Counted from the stretch's first letter, positions 9,371 to 17,832 are shown. The stretch is 64,000 nucleotides of DNA from a virus (IMGVR_UViG_2811995368_000001:1-64000); one strand, 5' to 3'. A program made the numbers and translations. Notes: a model not told the origin generated them from the letters alone.

Positions 9371-10384
9371 CTACGCGGCCAAGGCCACGGCATCCGCCGG
9401 AGCCTGGATCTCGGTGGCGTCCAAGATTTCGATGCCGACGCGGTGAGCGACGTGCATTTCAAGGTGGGCGCCCTCGGATTTCTGCCAGCCGGGCAACATG
9501 GCGATGGCGTCGCAGCCCAGCAGTTCGAGCAAATCGACCCGCAGGCAGTCCTTCCAGCCTTTGCCAGGGTCGGGGTTGAGGTCGGCGGGATTCACCACGT
9601 CGTAGCCCAGCTCGCGCAGGCGCGCGGCTTCGGCGTGGAAGGCCGGGAAGTTGTGCTCCGGCAAGCCGGACATCGGGCCGCTGATGTAGATGCGGCGCTT
9701 CTTCGGCTTGCTGTGCTCGATGGCCTTGTTGGGGGCAGCGGTACGCCAGTCGGGCCAGTCGCGGGCCTCGTTCTTGGCCTGCTTCGCAACCAGCGTGGAG
9801 ACGATTTGCTCCGGCGACGCGCCGGCGCGCCATGCGCCGTCGAGCGCCAGAATCACAACGTCTATCCACTCTTCGATGCTGTCCGGTTCGCCCGCGATTT
9901 CGCGCAACTCCTTCTTGATGTGGTCGATCACGCCCTGGGTGCGGCGGCCCGGCCCGAAGGTCTTGCGCGAGAACTCGGCTTGGCGCTTCAGGTGCGCGTA
10001 GAAGTCGAACGGGCGGCCTGCGCTGTGGCGCGGCCAGGCGCCGGGCGGCATGGCGCGCCCAAACAGGGCATAGGGGCTGTTCTCGGTATCGTAGATTTCC
10101 AGCAGCACCCAGCCGTCGCCAGCGGGCGGCGTGGGCGTCCAGTCGGCGCAGGAAGGATCCGTCTCGGTGTCGAAGTAGCGTTCCGTCACTTCGTCGGGCG
10201 CATCGGATTCCATGCACACGAAAGCGGCTTCGATACCGAACACGGCCAGCAGGTCATCGGCGCGCACGCCTTCGTCACCGATTGGCATGGCCGGGTGGGT
10301 CAGAAAGCCTTGCGCATCGCGCTTGATGGCGCGCGGTGCCAGCAGCTTGTCGCGCAGGTCTTGCAGGTCGGGGGTTTTGCTCAC
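9371..10384 (-). CDS. Fusion: unknown N-terminal domain + DUF550 (dATP/dGTP pyrophosphohydrolase-like) + DUF4406 (nucleoside deoxyribosyltransferase-like)
   Basis: FSRKTFGPG...GVIDHIKKELRE...EWIDVVILALDGAWRAG...KNEARDWPDW; IYISGPMSGLPEHNFPAF...VVNPA...CDAIAMLPGWQKSEGAHLE; GTG start after AAGGA. Confidence 0.85.
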   Translation of the reverse strand: MSKTPDLQDLRDKLLAPRAIKRDAQGFLTHPAMPIGDEGVRADDLLAVFGIEAAFVCMESDAPDEVTERYFDTETDPSCADWTPTPPAGDGWVLLEIYDTENSPYALFGRAMPPGAWPRHSAGRPFDFYAHLKRQAEFSRKTFGPGRRTQGVIDHIKKELREIAGEPDSIEEWIDVVILALDGAWRAGASPEQIVSTLVAKQAKNEARDWPDWRTAAPNKAIEHSKPKKRRIYISGPMSGLPEHNFPAFHAEAARLRELGYDVVNPADLNPDPGKGWKDCLRVDLLELLGCDAIAMLPGWQKSEGAHLEMHVAHRVGIEILDATEIQAPADAVALAA

Positions 10385-10669
10385 GGGCGATCCTTTCTTG
10401 GGGATAGGGGTACGGCCCCGTGCTCGTCGAGTTCCCGCTTCAGGTGCGCCCAGGTATCCGGGTGCATGAAGATCAGGTTGCCGATGAGCATTGGCTTTGG
10501 GGTCGGGGATTTGTGGTGTTTCGGTACGTCTGGCCTGCCACGGGCGCCACGGGCGCGAGAACAGGCGTTCGCGCCAGGGGCGACGGATTTCCACCGGCGG
10601 GCCGGCTACCGTGAGCAAGGGATTGAGCCGCACCAGCATCCCCATGAGGGGGCTGTGCGGGTGGTTCAT
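10381..10669 (-). pseudogene. Small gene apparently frameshifted by one extra base at about 10492
   Basis: MNHPH...IPDPKA continues in another frame as MLIGNLIFMHPDTWAHLKRELDE...stop, overlapping the GTG of the next gene; junction GCC-A-ATG. Confidence 0.55.
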
Positions 10670-11007
10670 GGCTGCTGCGCTTCCGCTTCTGCCTTGGCCT
10701 TTTCCTTGGCCGCCTTGCGCTGCTTGAATTCCTTGAGGATGGAGCAGCGTCCGGGCACGCGCTCCGCCCCGCAGTTCATCGGCGCACCACTGCCACCGAA
10801 GTGTTGGCAATGGGTCATGTAGCAGGGCGGCGGTTCAAGCACCTTGATGACATCGAAGAACAAGCTGTGCATGTCGCGGTCGGACATGCCGCGACGTTCC
10901 AAGGCGGCGCGCAGGTCGCGCACGGTGAAGGTCGTCCCGTTTCCCACTTTGGCGCGAGCAATGGCCTTTTCCAAACGCGGCGTGCTCAATCGGAGAAGGG
11001 TGCTCAT
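10666..11007 (-). CDS. Hypothetical Cys-rich protein
   Basis: ATGA-coupled ORF. Confidence 0.55.
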   Translation of the reverse strand: MSTLLRLSTPRLEKAIARAKVGNGTTFTVRDLRAALERRGMSDRDMHSLFFDVIKVLEPPPCYMTHCQHFGGSGAPMNCGAERVPGRCSILKEFKQRKAAKEKAKAEAEAQQP

Positions 11008-11693
11008 GCCTCACCGCCTTCCTCGATGTCAGCGGCCACCAGCGGAACCGAATCAACGATGCCCAGGATTTCGTTCAGGGCGTCGTACTTGCTGATGCCG
11101 TTCGGTTCCAGGTAGCGGTGCAGGACGCCCAGCACCTTGCGCAGCGCCTGCTTGGCCTGTTCGCCGTCGGCGGTCGGCGGCGAGCTGCGGCTCACCAGGT
11201 AGGGAGCGGCGGCCAGCAGGCCCGCTTCCGTGCTGATGGACGGGGCAATCAGCCTGCCGGCGGCGGCATGACGCTCCGCGCATTTCGCCTCGGCGATGCC
11301 GAACGCTTCAGCAGCACGCTCCATGCGCGAGGCGTCGGCCAGGTTGATGCGCTCGCCGCGCTCCCAGAGGAACATGCAGAAGTTCGCCACGTCGCGCGGG
11401 TCGCCCTTCCAGAGGTGGCCCACCAGCATGTCGGTCAGTTCGTCGCCGGACACCTGGGCCTTATCCTCCCAGCCGCCGCGCCCCTTCGCGCGCGCCACGG
11501 CCAGCTTGCCCTTCAGCACGGCGGCGAAGCGATCCACGGCCTCGTCGTCGGGATGAATGGCCTGGGCGTTCTCTTCGCTGTGCCCGAGCTCGCTGCACGG
11601 CTCCCAGCACTGAGAGCGGTTCGTGCAGGCGTGCTCGCCCATGTGAGCGCCGTCGGGGCAGACCGCCGGCGCAGCTTGTTGAACGGTGCTCAT
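11004..11693 (-). CDS. Phage hypothetical protein (Ead/Ea22-like region)
   Basis: HPDDEAVDRFA...KLA.AR.KGRGGW...KGDPRDVANFCMFL motif. Confidence 0.7.
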   Translation of the reverse strand: MSTVQQAAPAVCPDGAHMGEHACTNRSQCWEPCSELGHSEENAQAIHPDDEAVDRFAAVLKGKLAVARAKGRGGWEDKAQVSGDELTDMLVGHLWKGDPRDVANFCMFLWERGERINLADASRMERAAEAFGIAEAKCAERHAAAGRLIAPSISTEAGLLAAAPYLVSRSSPPTADGEQAKQALRKVLGVLHRYLEPNGISKYDALNEILGIVDSVPLVAADIEEGGEA

Positions 11694-11702
11694 GGACTTC
11701 CC

Positions 11703-13352
11703 CTATGCGGCCATGCTGTCAGCGATGCGCTGGCTGGCGGCTTCGAGGTCGATTTCGAGCAGCCAGGACACCACGACGGATTCATGGACACGGAAGTGCA
11801 GCGCCAGCGCGTCGATGATTTCGTCATCGCTGGGGCGGCTCTTGCTGGTGGGCGCCTGGCTGGCGCGGGATACCGACGGCGTGGCGGAAGGCCGGGCCGT
11901 GGTGGCGGGTTTGGTTGTGGCCTGGGGTGCCGGGTCGGCCAGCGGAATGGCGGGCGTGGCGGCCTGCTGTTCGGCGCGCAGCTTCGCTTCAGCTTCGGCC
12001 TTCGCCTTGGCCTCTTCCTCCTGCCGGATACGCGCGCGCTCCGCTTCCAGACGGTCGGCCTCGGCCTTCTTGTGCGCGTCGATTCGCGCCGTTACCGCCA
12101 GCTTGAAGTCGTCGAACGGCTTGGCCGCGAGCTGTTGCAGGTCGGCCAGCAGCGCGCGGTGCTCGGCAGCATTCACGTCCAGCCAGCCCAGCTTCGTGCG
12201 GATGTCGGCGGCCTGCTGGTCGGCAGCTATCTTGCCGTTCGCCAGCGCGGTGTCGAGCTTGTCCTGCATACTTTCCAGTGTCTTCAGGCCCTTGATGGCG
12301 CCCGCGAAGTCCGGGGTGGCAACGTCCATCCGCACGCCGGCAATCTCGCGCTGAAGGTCGGCGACGTGCGTGACGAAAGCCTTGCGGGCCGTCTCCACTT
12401 TCTCCGCGCGCCGGCGCGTCTTCTCGCTTTCCAGCAGCTTCTCGGCCATGAGGCGGTTGTCGCGCGTCAGCTTGTAGAGCATGTCTTTCTGGCGCTTCGC
12501 TTCATCGACGCTCTGGATTTGCGCCAGCATCATCGTCTCGGCGGAGTTCAGCGCGTCTTCCGCCTTCTTCAGCGCCTTGATCTGGGCGTCGAGGTCGATG
12601 AAGTCCTTGTCGGTCTGCGGTTCGCGGATGAGGCGGTTTTCGAGGAAATGCCGCAAGGCCGCCTCGAATACCTGGAAGTTGCTCTGAACCGCGATTTCGC
12701 CGCTGATCTGCACCGCCACCGCCGGCAGCGCCTGCACGGCATCGGCCACGATGACGGGCTTGGCCTCGGGCAGCACGTAGTCGGCCAGGTCGCGGTCGAA
12801 CTGCGCCCAGCCCGCCTCGATGCGGACGAACCAGGCGGGATCCGGCAGGACTTCGACATGCACGCAGTTATCGGGCGTGCCGTCGGATACGGTGAAGATG
12901 ACGCGCTTGGCGCCCGTCACCAGCATGATTTGCTGGCACTGGGGCATGTGCTCGTCGGGTAGCACGCCGGCGGCGACAGACGCGGCCAGCTCGGCGGCCC
13001 ATTGCTTGTGCTCGAAGGCCGTGTCGTAGCCCATCGTCAGGCCGTCGCACGACGCGGAGAGGATGCCGCCGGTGTCCTCGTTGGAGCACGTCACCGGGTA
13101 CAGGTCTTCGCCGATCAGGTCTTCGATGATGGGGCGCGCCATCGCTTCGACTTCGTGGCCGTAGTCGAGGATGTTCACCTGCACCCAGTCGCTGAATTCC
13201 TTGGGCGTGCCGGTGTGTTTCATGCGCAGCAGTTCGGAGCGCGTCGTTTTCTTCGACAAGCCCAGCATCGCCGCCGCCTCGCTGGCGCCGTGGTGGGTCA
13301 GGCGGAAGGCTTGCCACTCGGGGCTGCCTTGCTGAAGGTCATGGATTTTCAT
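11703..13352 (-). CDS. YqaJ-like viral recombinase exonuclease
   Basis: QGSPEW...ASEAAAMLG...GHEVE...SASCDG...EHK...QCQQIMLV; long coiled-coil C terminus. Confidence 0.92.
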   Translation of the reverse strand: MKIHDLQQGSPEWQAFRLTHHGASEAAAMLGLSKKTTRSELLRMKHTGTPKEFSDWVQVNILDYGHEVEAMARPIIEDLIGEDLYPVTCSNEDTGGILSASCDGLTMGYDTAFEHKQWAAELAASVAAGVLPDEHMPQCQQIMLVTGAKRVIFTVSDGTPDNCVHVEVLPDPAWFVRIEAGWAQFDRDLADYVLPEAKPVIVADAVQALPAVAVQISGEIAVQSNFQVFEAALRHFLENRLIREPQTDKDFIDLDAQIKALKKAEDALNSAETMMLAQIQSVDEAKRQKDMLYKLTRDNRLMAEKLLESEKTRRRAEKVETARKAFVTHVADLQREIAGVRMDVATPDFAGAIKGLKTLESMQDKLDTALANGKIAADQQAADIRTKLGWLDVNAAEHRALLADLQQLAAKPFDDFKLAVTARIDAHKKAEADRLEAERARIRQEEEAKAKAEAEAKLRAEQQAATPAIPLADPAPQATTKPATTARPSATPSVSRASQAPTSKSRPSDDEIIDALALHFRVHESVVVSWLLEIDLEAASQRIADSMAA

Positions 13353-14446
13353 TCTTGAGCACCCCCGGCGCTGGCCCAGCCCGCAATCTCCATCTTCATG
13401 TCGGGCGTGAGCAGTTCTTTGGTTTCGATCATGGCGATGAGGTCATTCACCGGCTTGCCGGCTTCGACCTGCTTCTTCCAGCCCGCCGACTTCTTGGCGA
13501 AGTTTTCGGCGCTGCACGTCGGCAACGTCTTCCCGCCGCCCGTGCCCGCGCCGCCGGTGTTTCCGGTGCCCGCGCCAGCACTCTTTCCGGCCTGCTCGGC
13601 TTTGTTCTCCATGACGCTCTTCCACGAGGATTCCCCGTCACGGATGGCGCCGTAGATGCCGCGCAGATTGACCAGCTCGGCAGGCGAGCAGGTGTCCAGC
13701 GTGTGGCCCAGGTATTCGGTCAGGTCGGCAGCCTTGACGCCGATTTCGCCGAAGGCATCGGCGATGCGCTTGCGCTCGGTGTCCGGGTCGCGCGCCGCTT
13801 CGTCGAGGCGGATTGCCTTGATGATGGATTCGGCCTCGTCCTGCATGTCGCCGGGGATGATGCGCAGGCCCAAGGTGCGGATGGCCTTGGAGATTTGCGC
13901 GGCGCGCTTGTTCAGCAGGTCATCGTCGGTGGCGGGCACCGTATAGACGTTGCGGTTGTAGCTGTTCTTGCGCACGCTGATGTAGGTGCCATCGTCGGCG
14001 GGCTTCGAGCGTTCGACGGTCTTGGTCACGCGCACGTCGAGCGGATAGGTCAGGTTGGATTCCAGGTCGGTCACGCTGACGCGGTGGATTTCCTTGCTCT
14101 CGTCCTCGAAGATCATGGTGGTTTCCACCAGGACGTTCGTCATGCAGCGTAGGGCGACTTCGACGAAGCGGATGCCCAGACCTTCCACGCCGTCGCCGAT
14201 GGGCTTGCGGTAGTAGGCGCTCTTGTTATGCGCGAAGCTGGGGCGCTTGCATTCCTTCAGCAGGTCTTGGCGAACCTGATCCCAGTTGCGCGGACGGCGC
14301 AGCGCCATCACGTAGCGGGCTTCGACGACGGCCTTGGCCTGTGCGGCCACGTAGGCGGACGCGGTTTCGGTGGTAGCGAGCGTGACGGCAGAGCCGCCGA
14401 ACTCTTGGCGGGCAGCGAGCGCGCCGCCCTGTTGCATGTCGTTCAT
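13349..14446 (-). CDS. Putative single-strand annealing recombinase (partner of YqaJ)
   Basis: ATGA-coupled upstream of the exonuclease; PRNW...AYYRKP...EGLGIRFVE...KAIRTLGLRIIPGD. Confidence 0.65.
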   Translation of the reverse strand: MNDMQQGGALAARQEFGGSAVTLATTETASAYVAAQAKAVVEARYVMALRRPRNWDQVRQDLLKECKRPSFAHNKSAYYRKPIGDGVEGLGIRFVEVALRCMTNVLVETTMIFEDESKEIHRVSVTDLESNLTYPLDVRVTKTVERSKPADDGTYISVRKNSYNRNVYTVPATDDDLLNKRAAQISKAIRTLGLRIIPGDMQDEAESIIKAIRLDEAARDPDTERKRIADAFGEIGVKAADLTEYLGHTLDTCSPAELVNLRGIYGAIRDGESSWKSVMENKAEQAGKSAGAGTGNTGGAGTGGGKTLPTCSAENFAKKSAGWKKQVEAGKPVNDLIAMIETKELLTPDMKMEIAGWASAGGAQE

Positions 14447-14477
14447 GGTTTCTCCTTGATGATGGGATGGGCGGCGG

Positions 14478-14576
14478 TTACAGCGTCACCTTGGCGAGGC
14501 GCCAGGACTTGCGGATGCCGTACCCGCGTTTGAGGTAGTAGTGAAAATCGGCCAGCAGTTTCAGCGTCTTCTTCAT
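14478..14576 (-). CDS. Small basic peptide (32 aa)
   Basis: MKKTLKLLADFHYYLKRGYGIRKSWRLAKVTL; GGAG RBS and ATGA coupling. Confidence 0.5.
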   Translation of the reverse strand: MKKTLKLLADFHYYLKRGYGIRKSWRLAKVTL

Positions 14577-14770
14577 CGGGCCGGCTCCACGCTGATTTTG
14601 GAAATGCCGAACCGTTCGAGCGCGTCGATGGCGGCGTCGCAGGTGCTGGCGAAGAGCGCGGCGTAGCGGAAGCGTGCGCCGGTGGTCGTCGTCACCTTGA
14701 CCTGGCACTTGATGAGCGGCTTGGGGCGTGCGAAGTCGCCCGCCAAGGCCGCAGCCTGCGGTGTGCTCAT
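14573..14770 (-). CDS. Small hypothetical protein
   Basis: AAAGGGA RBS; ends in ATGA overlap. Confidence 0.5.
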   Translation of the reverse strand: MSTPQAAALAGDFARPKPLIKCQVKVTTTTGARFRYAALFASTCDAAIDALERFGISKISVEPAR

Positions 14771-14781
14771 GGCTATCCCTT

Positions 14782-15348
14782 TCAGATGGTTCCGAACGGA
14801 TGCAGGCACCGCTTGGCGTCGATGTACGCCTGCTGGGCCTGCAATGGGTCGGAGAAATGGCCCAGGAATTGACGCTCCCGGTTCAGCGTGATGTGGGCGC
14901 GGAATGTGCCTTCGCGCCGGCCTTGGCTGACGCCTATCAGGCCGGTGCTGCTATGCCGCGCTGCGCGGCGGCGGTTCTGCTGGTTCTCGGTATTCGAGAG
15001 TTCGCGCAGGTTGCCGATGCGGTTGTCGTCGCGCCTGCCGTTGATGTGATCGACCAGCTTTTCCGGCCAGACCCCATACATGTAGAGCCACGCGAGACGG
15101 TGCGCGTTGTAGTCCTTGCCCGCGATGCGAATGCGGACGTAGCCGTTGCGCCGCGTGCCGGCGGGTTTGCCGGCGGGAGCGCGGTTCGACTGGGGAACAC
15201 GCCAGGTGAAGACGCCGGTGTAGGGGTCATAGTGCAGAAGGAGCCGGAGCACTTCCGCCGTGATCGCCGGAGTGCCAGTTTCCGCGCCGCGAAAAAACCG
15301 GGCGGCCTGCTCGGCAGGCTCGCCCGGATACATGACACATGCCGACAT
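14782..15348 (-). CDS. HNH homing endonuclease with C-terminal AP2-like domain (start uncertain)
   Basis: LLHYDPYTGVFTW...AHRLAWLYMYG...VDHINGRRDDNRIGNLR...GVS...LGHF...AY. Confidence 0.9.
   Translation of the reverse strand: MSACVMYPGEPAEQAARFFRGAETGTPAITAEVLRLLLHYDPYTGVFTWRVPQSNRAPAGKPAGTRRNGYVRIRIAGKDYNAHRLAWLYMYGVWPEKLVDHINGRRDDNRIGNLRELSNTENQQNRRRAARHSSTGLIGVSQGRREGTFRAHITLNRERQFLGHFSDPLQAQQAYIDAKRCLHPFGTI
15292..15327 (-). terminator. GC-rich hairpin plus T6 behind the CLec gene (terminator and/or DGR target hairpin)
   Basis: Minus strand CCGGGCG-A-GCCTGC-CGA-GCAGGC-CGCCCGG-TTTTTT. Confidence 0.7.
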
Positions 15349-15354
15349 GACCCA

Positions 15355-16329
15355 TTACACCTTTGCGAGGCGACCGCCGATACTCGCGTTGACGTCCGAC
15401 GCGGGATTATTGACATTGAGGCAGAACAACCCATCGTTCGCCCCGTTCGCCCAATGGCCGCCGTGGTAGGCGACGCCGCCAGACCAGAACCACGAGTAGT
15501 TGCCGTAGGCCGCGTCCTCTTGCTCGTCGCGGGTCTTCTTCGGCACGAACACCGCGCCCAGGTCGAAGCCCTCGCCGACGTTGCGCAGGCGCTTGTGGAT
15601 CCAGCCATGCTCCGGCGCTTCGATGCTGGTGTTGAGCAGGTTGCGGTGGCCGTCCTTGCCCCAGATGAGGAACTCGCGGTTCGCGCTGGTCTGCAAGCCG
15701 TCCAGCATCTGCCAGACGTTACCCCAGAGGCCCGTGATGCCACGGTAGGCGGCCTGCACCACCTCGGCGTCATCGACCTTGCGCACGCCGTTTCCGTCGG
15801 TGTAGCCCTCGCCCAGAATGGACTTGACGTTGGGCGTGCCGCACTCGATCAGGGCCAGCGCCTGGATGGCCGCGAGCTGGTAGATGCTCCACAACATCCA
15901 GCCATCGCCGCGCGCGGCGGCGCGCGCCTGCATGGTGGGGAAGTCGATGCGCGCCAGCGGCATCAGGCCGGCTTGCGAACCCAGCTTGTCGTCGCCGTCC
16001 GGCGTGCCCTGGTACTTGCCCAGCCAGTATTGCGCGAGGTCGGCGCCGTGGTTGCGGAAGGCCGGATGCAGCGCGTAGCCTTCGGCGGGTTCGTCGCTCA
16101 CCCAGAGCGCCTTCTTGCCCAGCAGCGGGCCGTCGCGCACGATGTCGGAGCGGTAGTAGAAGGCCGGCACACGCACCATGCTCTGGCCGTCGATGTCCTC
16201 GTCGGCGATGCCGGCGAAAGTCGGGTGGTTGCTGAAGAAGCTGGCGTCCGGGTCGATGATGGCGCCGCTGTTGTCGATGCGCGTCCAGGGCGCGTGCTTC
16301 TTGCCGAAGACGATGCCGATTTGGCTCAT
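15355..16329 (-). CDS. C-type lectin-fold (FGE/Mtd-like) protein ending in a DGR-type variable region
   Basis: MVRVPAFYY, LHPAF, GKYQG, YRGITGLWGNVWQMLDG and C-terminal GGHWANGANDGLFCLNVNNPASDVNASIGGRLAKV; AAGGA RBS. Confidence 0.8.
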   Translation of the reverse strand: MSQIGIVFGKKHAPWTRIDNSGAIIDPDASFFSNHPTFAGIADEDIDGQSMVRVPAFYYRSDIVRDGPLLGKKALWVSDEPAEGYALHPAFRNHGADLAQYWLGKYQGTPDGDDKLGSQAGLMPLARIDFPTMQARAAARGDGWMLWSIYQLAAIQALALIECGTPNVKSILGEGYTDGNGVRKVDDAEVVQAAYRGITGLWGNVWQMLDGLQTSANREFLIWGKDGHRNLLNTSIEAPEHGWIHKRLRNVGEGFDLGAVFVPKKTRDEQEDAAYGNYSWFWSGGVAYHGGHWANGANDGLFCLNVNNPASDVNASIGGRLAKV

Positions 16330-16574
16330 GTTGATGTCCTTTGCGTTGATGGGGGTGCTTGATGGGCGGTGATGGGTTCCGGCTTTCACCATGTCCGGCA
16401 TGGGCCTGTGCGCGTTCAGGCTCGCGTCCTACTCGCTGCGTCTGGCTGCGCACGACCGCCGGGGCAGTCCCATACCAGCATCCGCTTTCGTTCCGGTTTC
16501 CACGACCTCCGGCTGGTCGAATAGACATGCGCCCGGTTTGATTCCCAGTCCAGCCTGTCAGTGGGGTCGGAAGG

Positions 16575-16650
16575 TGGTAGCGGCGGCTGGAATCGAACCA
16601 GCGACCTCCGGGTTATGAACCCGGCGAGCTTCCAACTGCTCTACGCCGCA
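16575..16650 (-). tRNA. tRNA-fMet (CAT), initiator type, CCA encoded
   Basis: TGCGGCG TA GAGC AGTTGGAA GCTC G CCGGG TTCATAA CCCGG AGGTC GCTGG TTCGATT CCAGC CGCCGCT A CCA; 1:72 mismatch, A11-U24, three G-C pairs in the anticodon stem. Confidence 0.95.
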
Positions 16651-16656
16651 ATTCGG

Positions 16657-16920
16657 TCAATCGAGGCCGGTTTCGGGCGGCGCGGTGCGCACGATGCGCG
16701 CCGCTTCCTCGAAGGCTTTGGCGAGCTGCTCCCGGCGCGCCGGCGACTTGGGCAGCCAGAACGTCACGGCGCTGCGGTCATCGTCCTGCGGCGGGTGGTG
16801 CAGCCGTTCGCTGCTGTGCAAGATGAACTGAACGGCGTGATACGTGACGCCGGTGTTGCTCGGCTTCTCCACCCGCAACACCTCATCGGTCAGCTCTTGG
16901 CTGTAGATGTTGATGCGCAT
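16657..16920 (-). CDS. Phage hypothetical protein
   Basis: TAAGGA RBS; MRINIYSQELT...DDDRSAVTFW. Confidence 0.65.
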   Translation of the reverse strand: MRINIYSQELTDEVLRVEKPSNTGVTYHAVQFILHSSERLHHPPQDDDRSAVTFWLPKSPARREQLAKAFEEAARIVRTAPPETGLD

Positions 16921-16924
16921 GTCC

Positions 16925-17212
16925 TTACCCCTGCACGGCGCAGTGGAAGTGCCCGGTGAAGGCGTAGCGGAAGTGCGCCCGTGCGCTGGTGTTGCCGATA
17001 GTGCGCTGGCGGAAGGTGCGGTCGTCATACTGGCCGCCCTTCGCCATCCAGCCGAAGGCGATGCCAAGATGCAGCACGCGATCACGCCAGCCGCGTCCGC
17101 TGCCGCTCCGACGGAAGCCGCCAAGGATCCCCGGCGGGGTGGGGCCATCGACGGCCCAGCCAGTGCCGGCCAGGGCTATGCGACGGAAGAAGCGTTCGAT
17201 GCGTTTCATCAT
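16925..17212 (-). CDS. Hypothetical basic protein
   Basis: GGAG RBS; fills the gap between the structured leader and the next gene. Confidence 0.45.
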   Translation of the reverse strand: MMKRIERFFRRIALAGTGWAVDGPTPPGILGGFRRSGSGRGWRDRVLHLGIAFGWMAKGGQYDDRTFRQRTIGNTSARAHFRYAFTGHFHCAVQG

Positions 17213-17535
17213 GGTGGCGATGCTCCGGTGGTTGATGAGGTTGATGGCGGTCGGGCTACCTGCACCATTTGCAAGCGCGCTTTTCTCGCCCGTGTGTGCG
17301 GGGTCGTCGAGGCTCGTCCGCCGCCTGCCCGTCCTCACGGGTAGGGGATTCGGTCATGCGACCGCCATCAAGGGGCACCCCGGAGACAGGCTCCAACTGG
17401 CCTCGGGTGGGTACTTCGCTCTGGGTTGGTCGTCACTGGATTTGCCCAGGGTGCCTATTGATGGCCCCGGCCTTTCACCGGGCTGCGACTGTTGGCGTCG
17501 TCCCTCCGCCTATCGCGCGGCGGCGCAGGCGTGGA

Positions 17536-17832
17536 TTACGCGGCGGCGGCCTCGGTGCTCTCGGGCGGCTCGGCCACGCGCAGGTAGGGATGCTTCTCGG
17601 TTTCCTTCTTGATGTGCTGGCTGAAGTGCGTACCCAGCGATTCGGCGCTGTCGAAGGTGGCGAAGTCTTCGGGGGTGAAGTTGCCGTAGTGGTACAGCGC
17701 GCCGTGGCTGCCGTCGGCACGCTTGAAGCGGATGGCGAGGGTGTTGGTTTCGGCGTTGTGGCCGATCTCGGCGATGCGCGAGGATTCGACCGCCTTCATG
17801 GCGATGGGACTGGCGTCAATTTGCGTGGTCAT
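17536..17832 (-). CDS. KTSC domain protein
   Basis: VESSRIAEIGHNAETNTLAIRF...LYHY...F..AESLGTHFSQHIK KTSC signature. Confidence 0.88.
   Translation of the reverse strand: MTTQIDASPIAMKAVESSRIAEIGHNAETNTLAIRFKRADGSHGALYHYGNFTPEDFATFDSAESLGTHFSQHIKKETEKHPYLRVAEPPESTEAAAA

Noticed and set aside
9371-10810. 479-aa ORF as a single protein
   Set aside because: Better explained by a GTG start at 10384 plus a frameshifted upstream gene
16575-16650. tRNA as the prophage attachment site
   Set aside because: It lies inside the early operon with phage genes on both sides, no adjacent integrase, and I saw no duplicated 3' end
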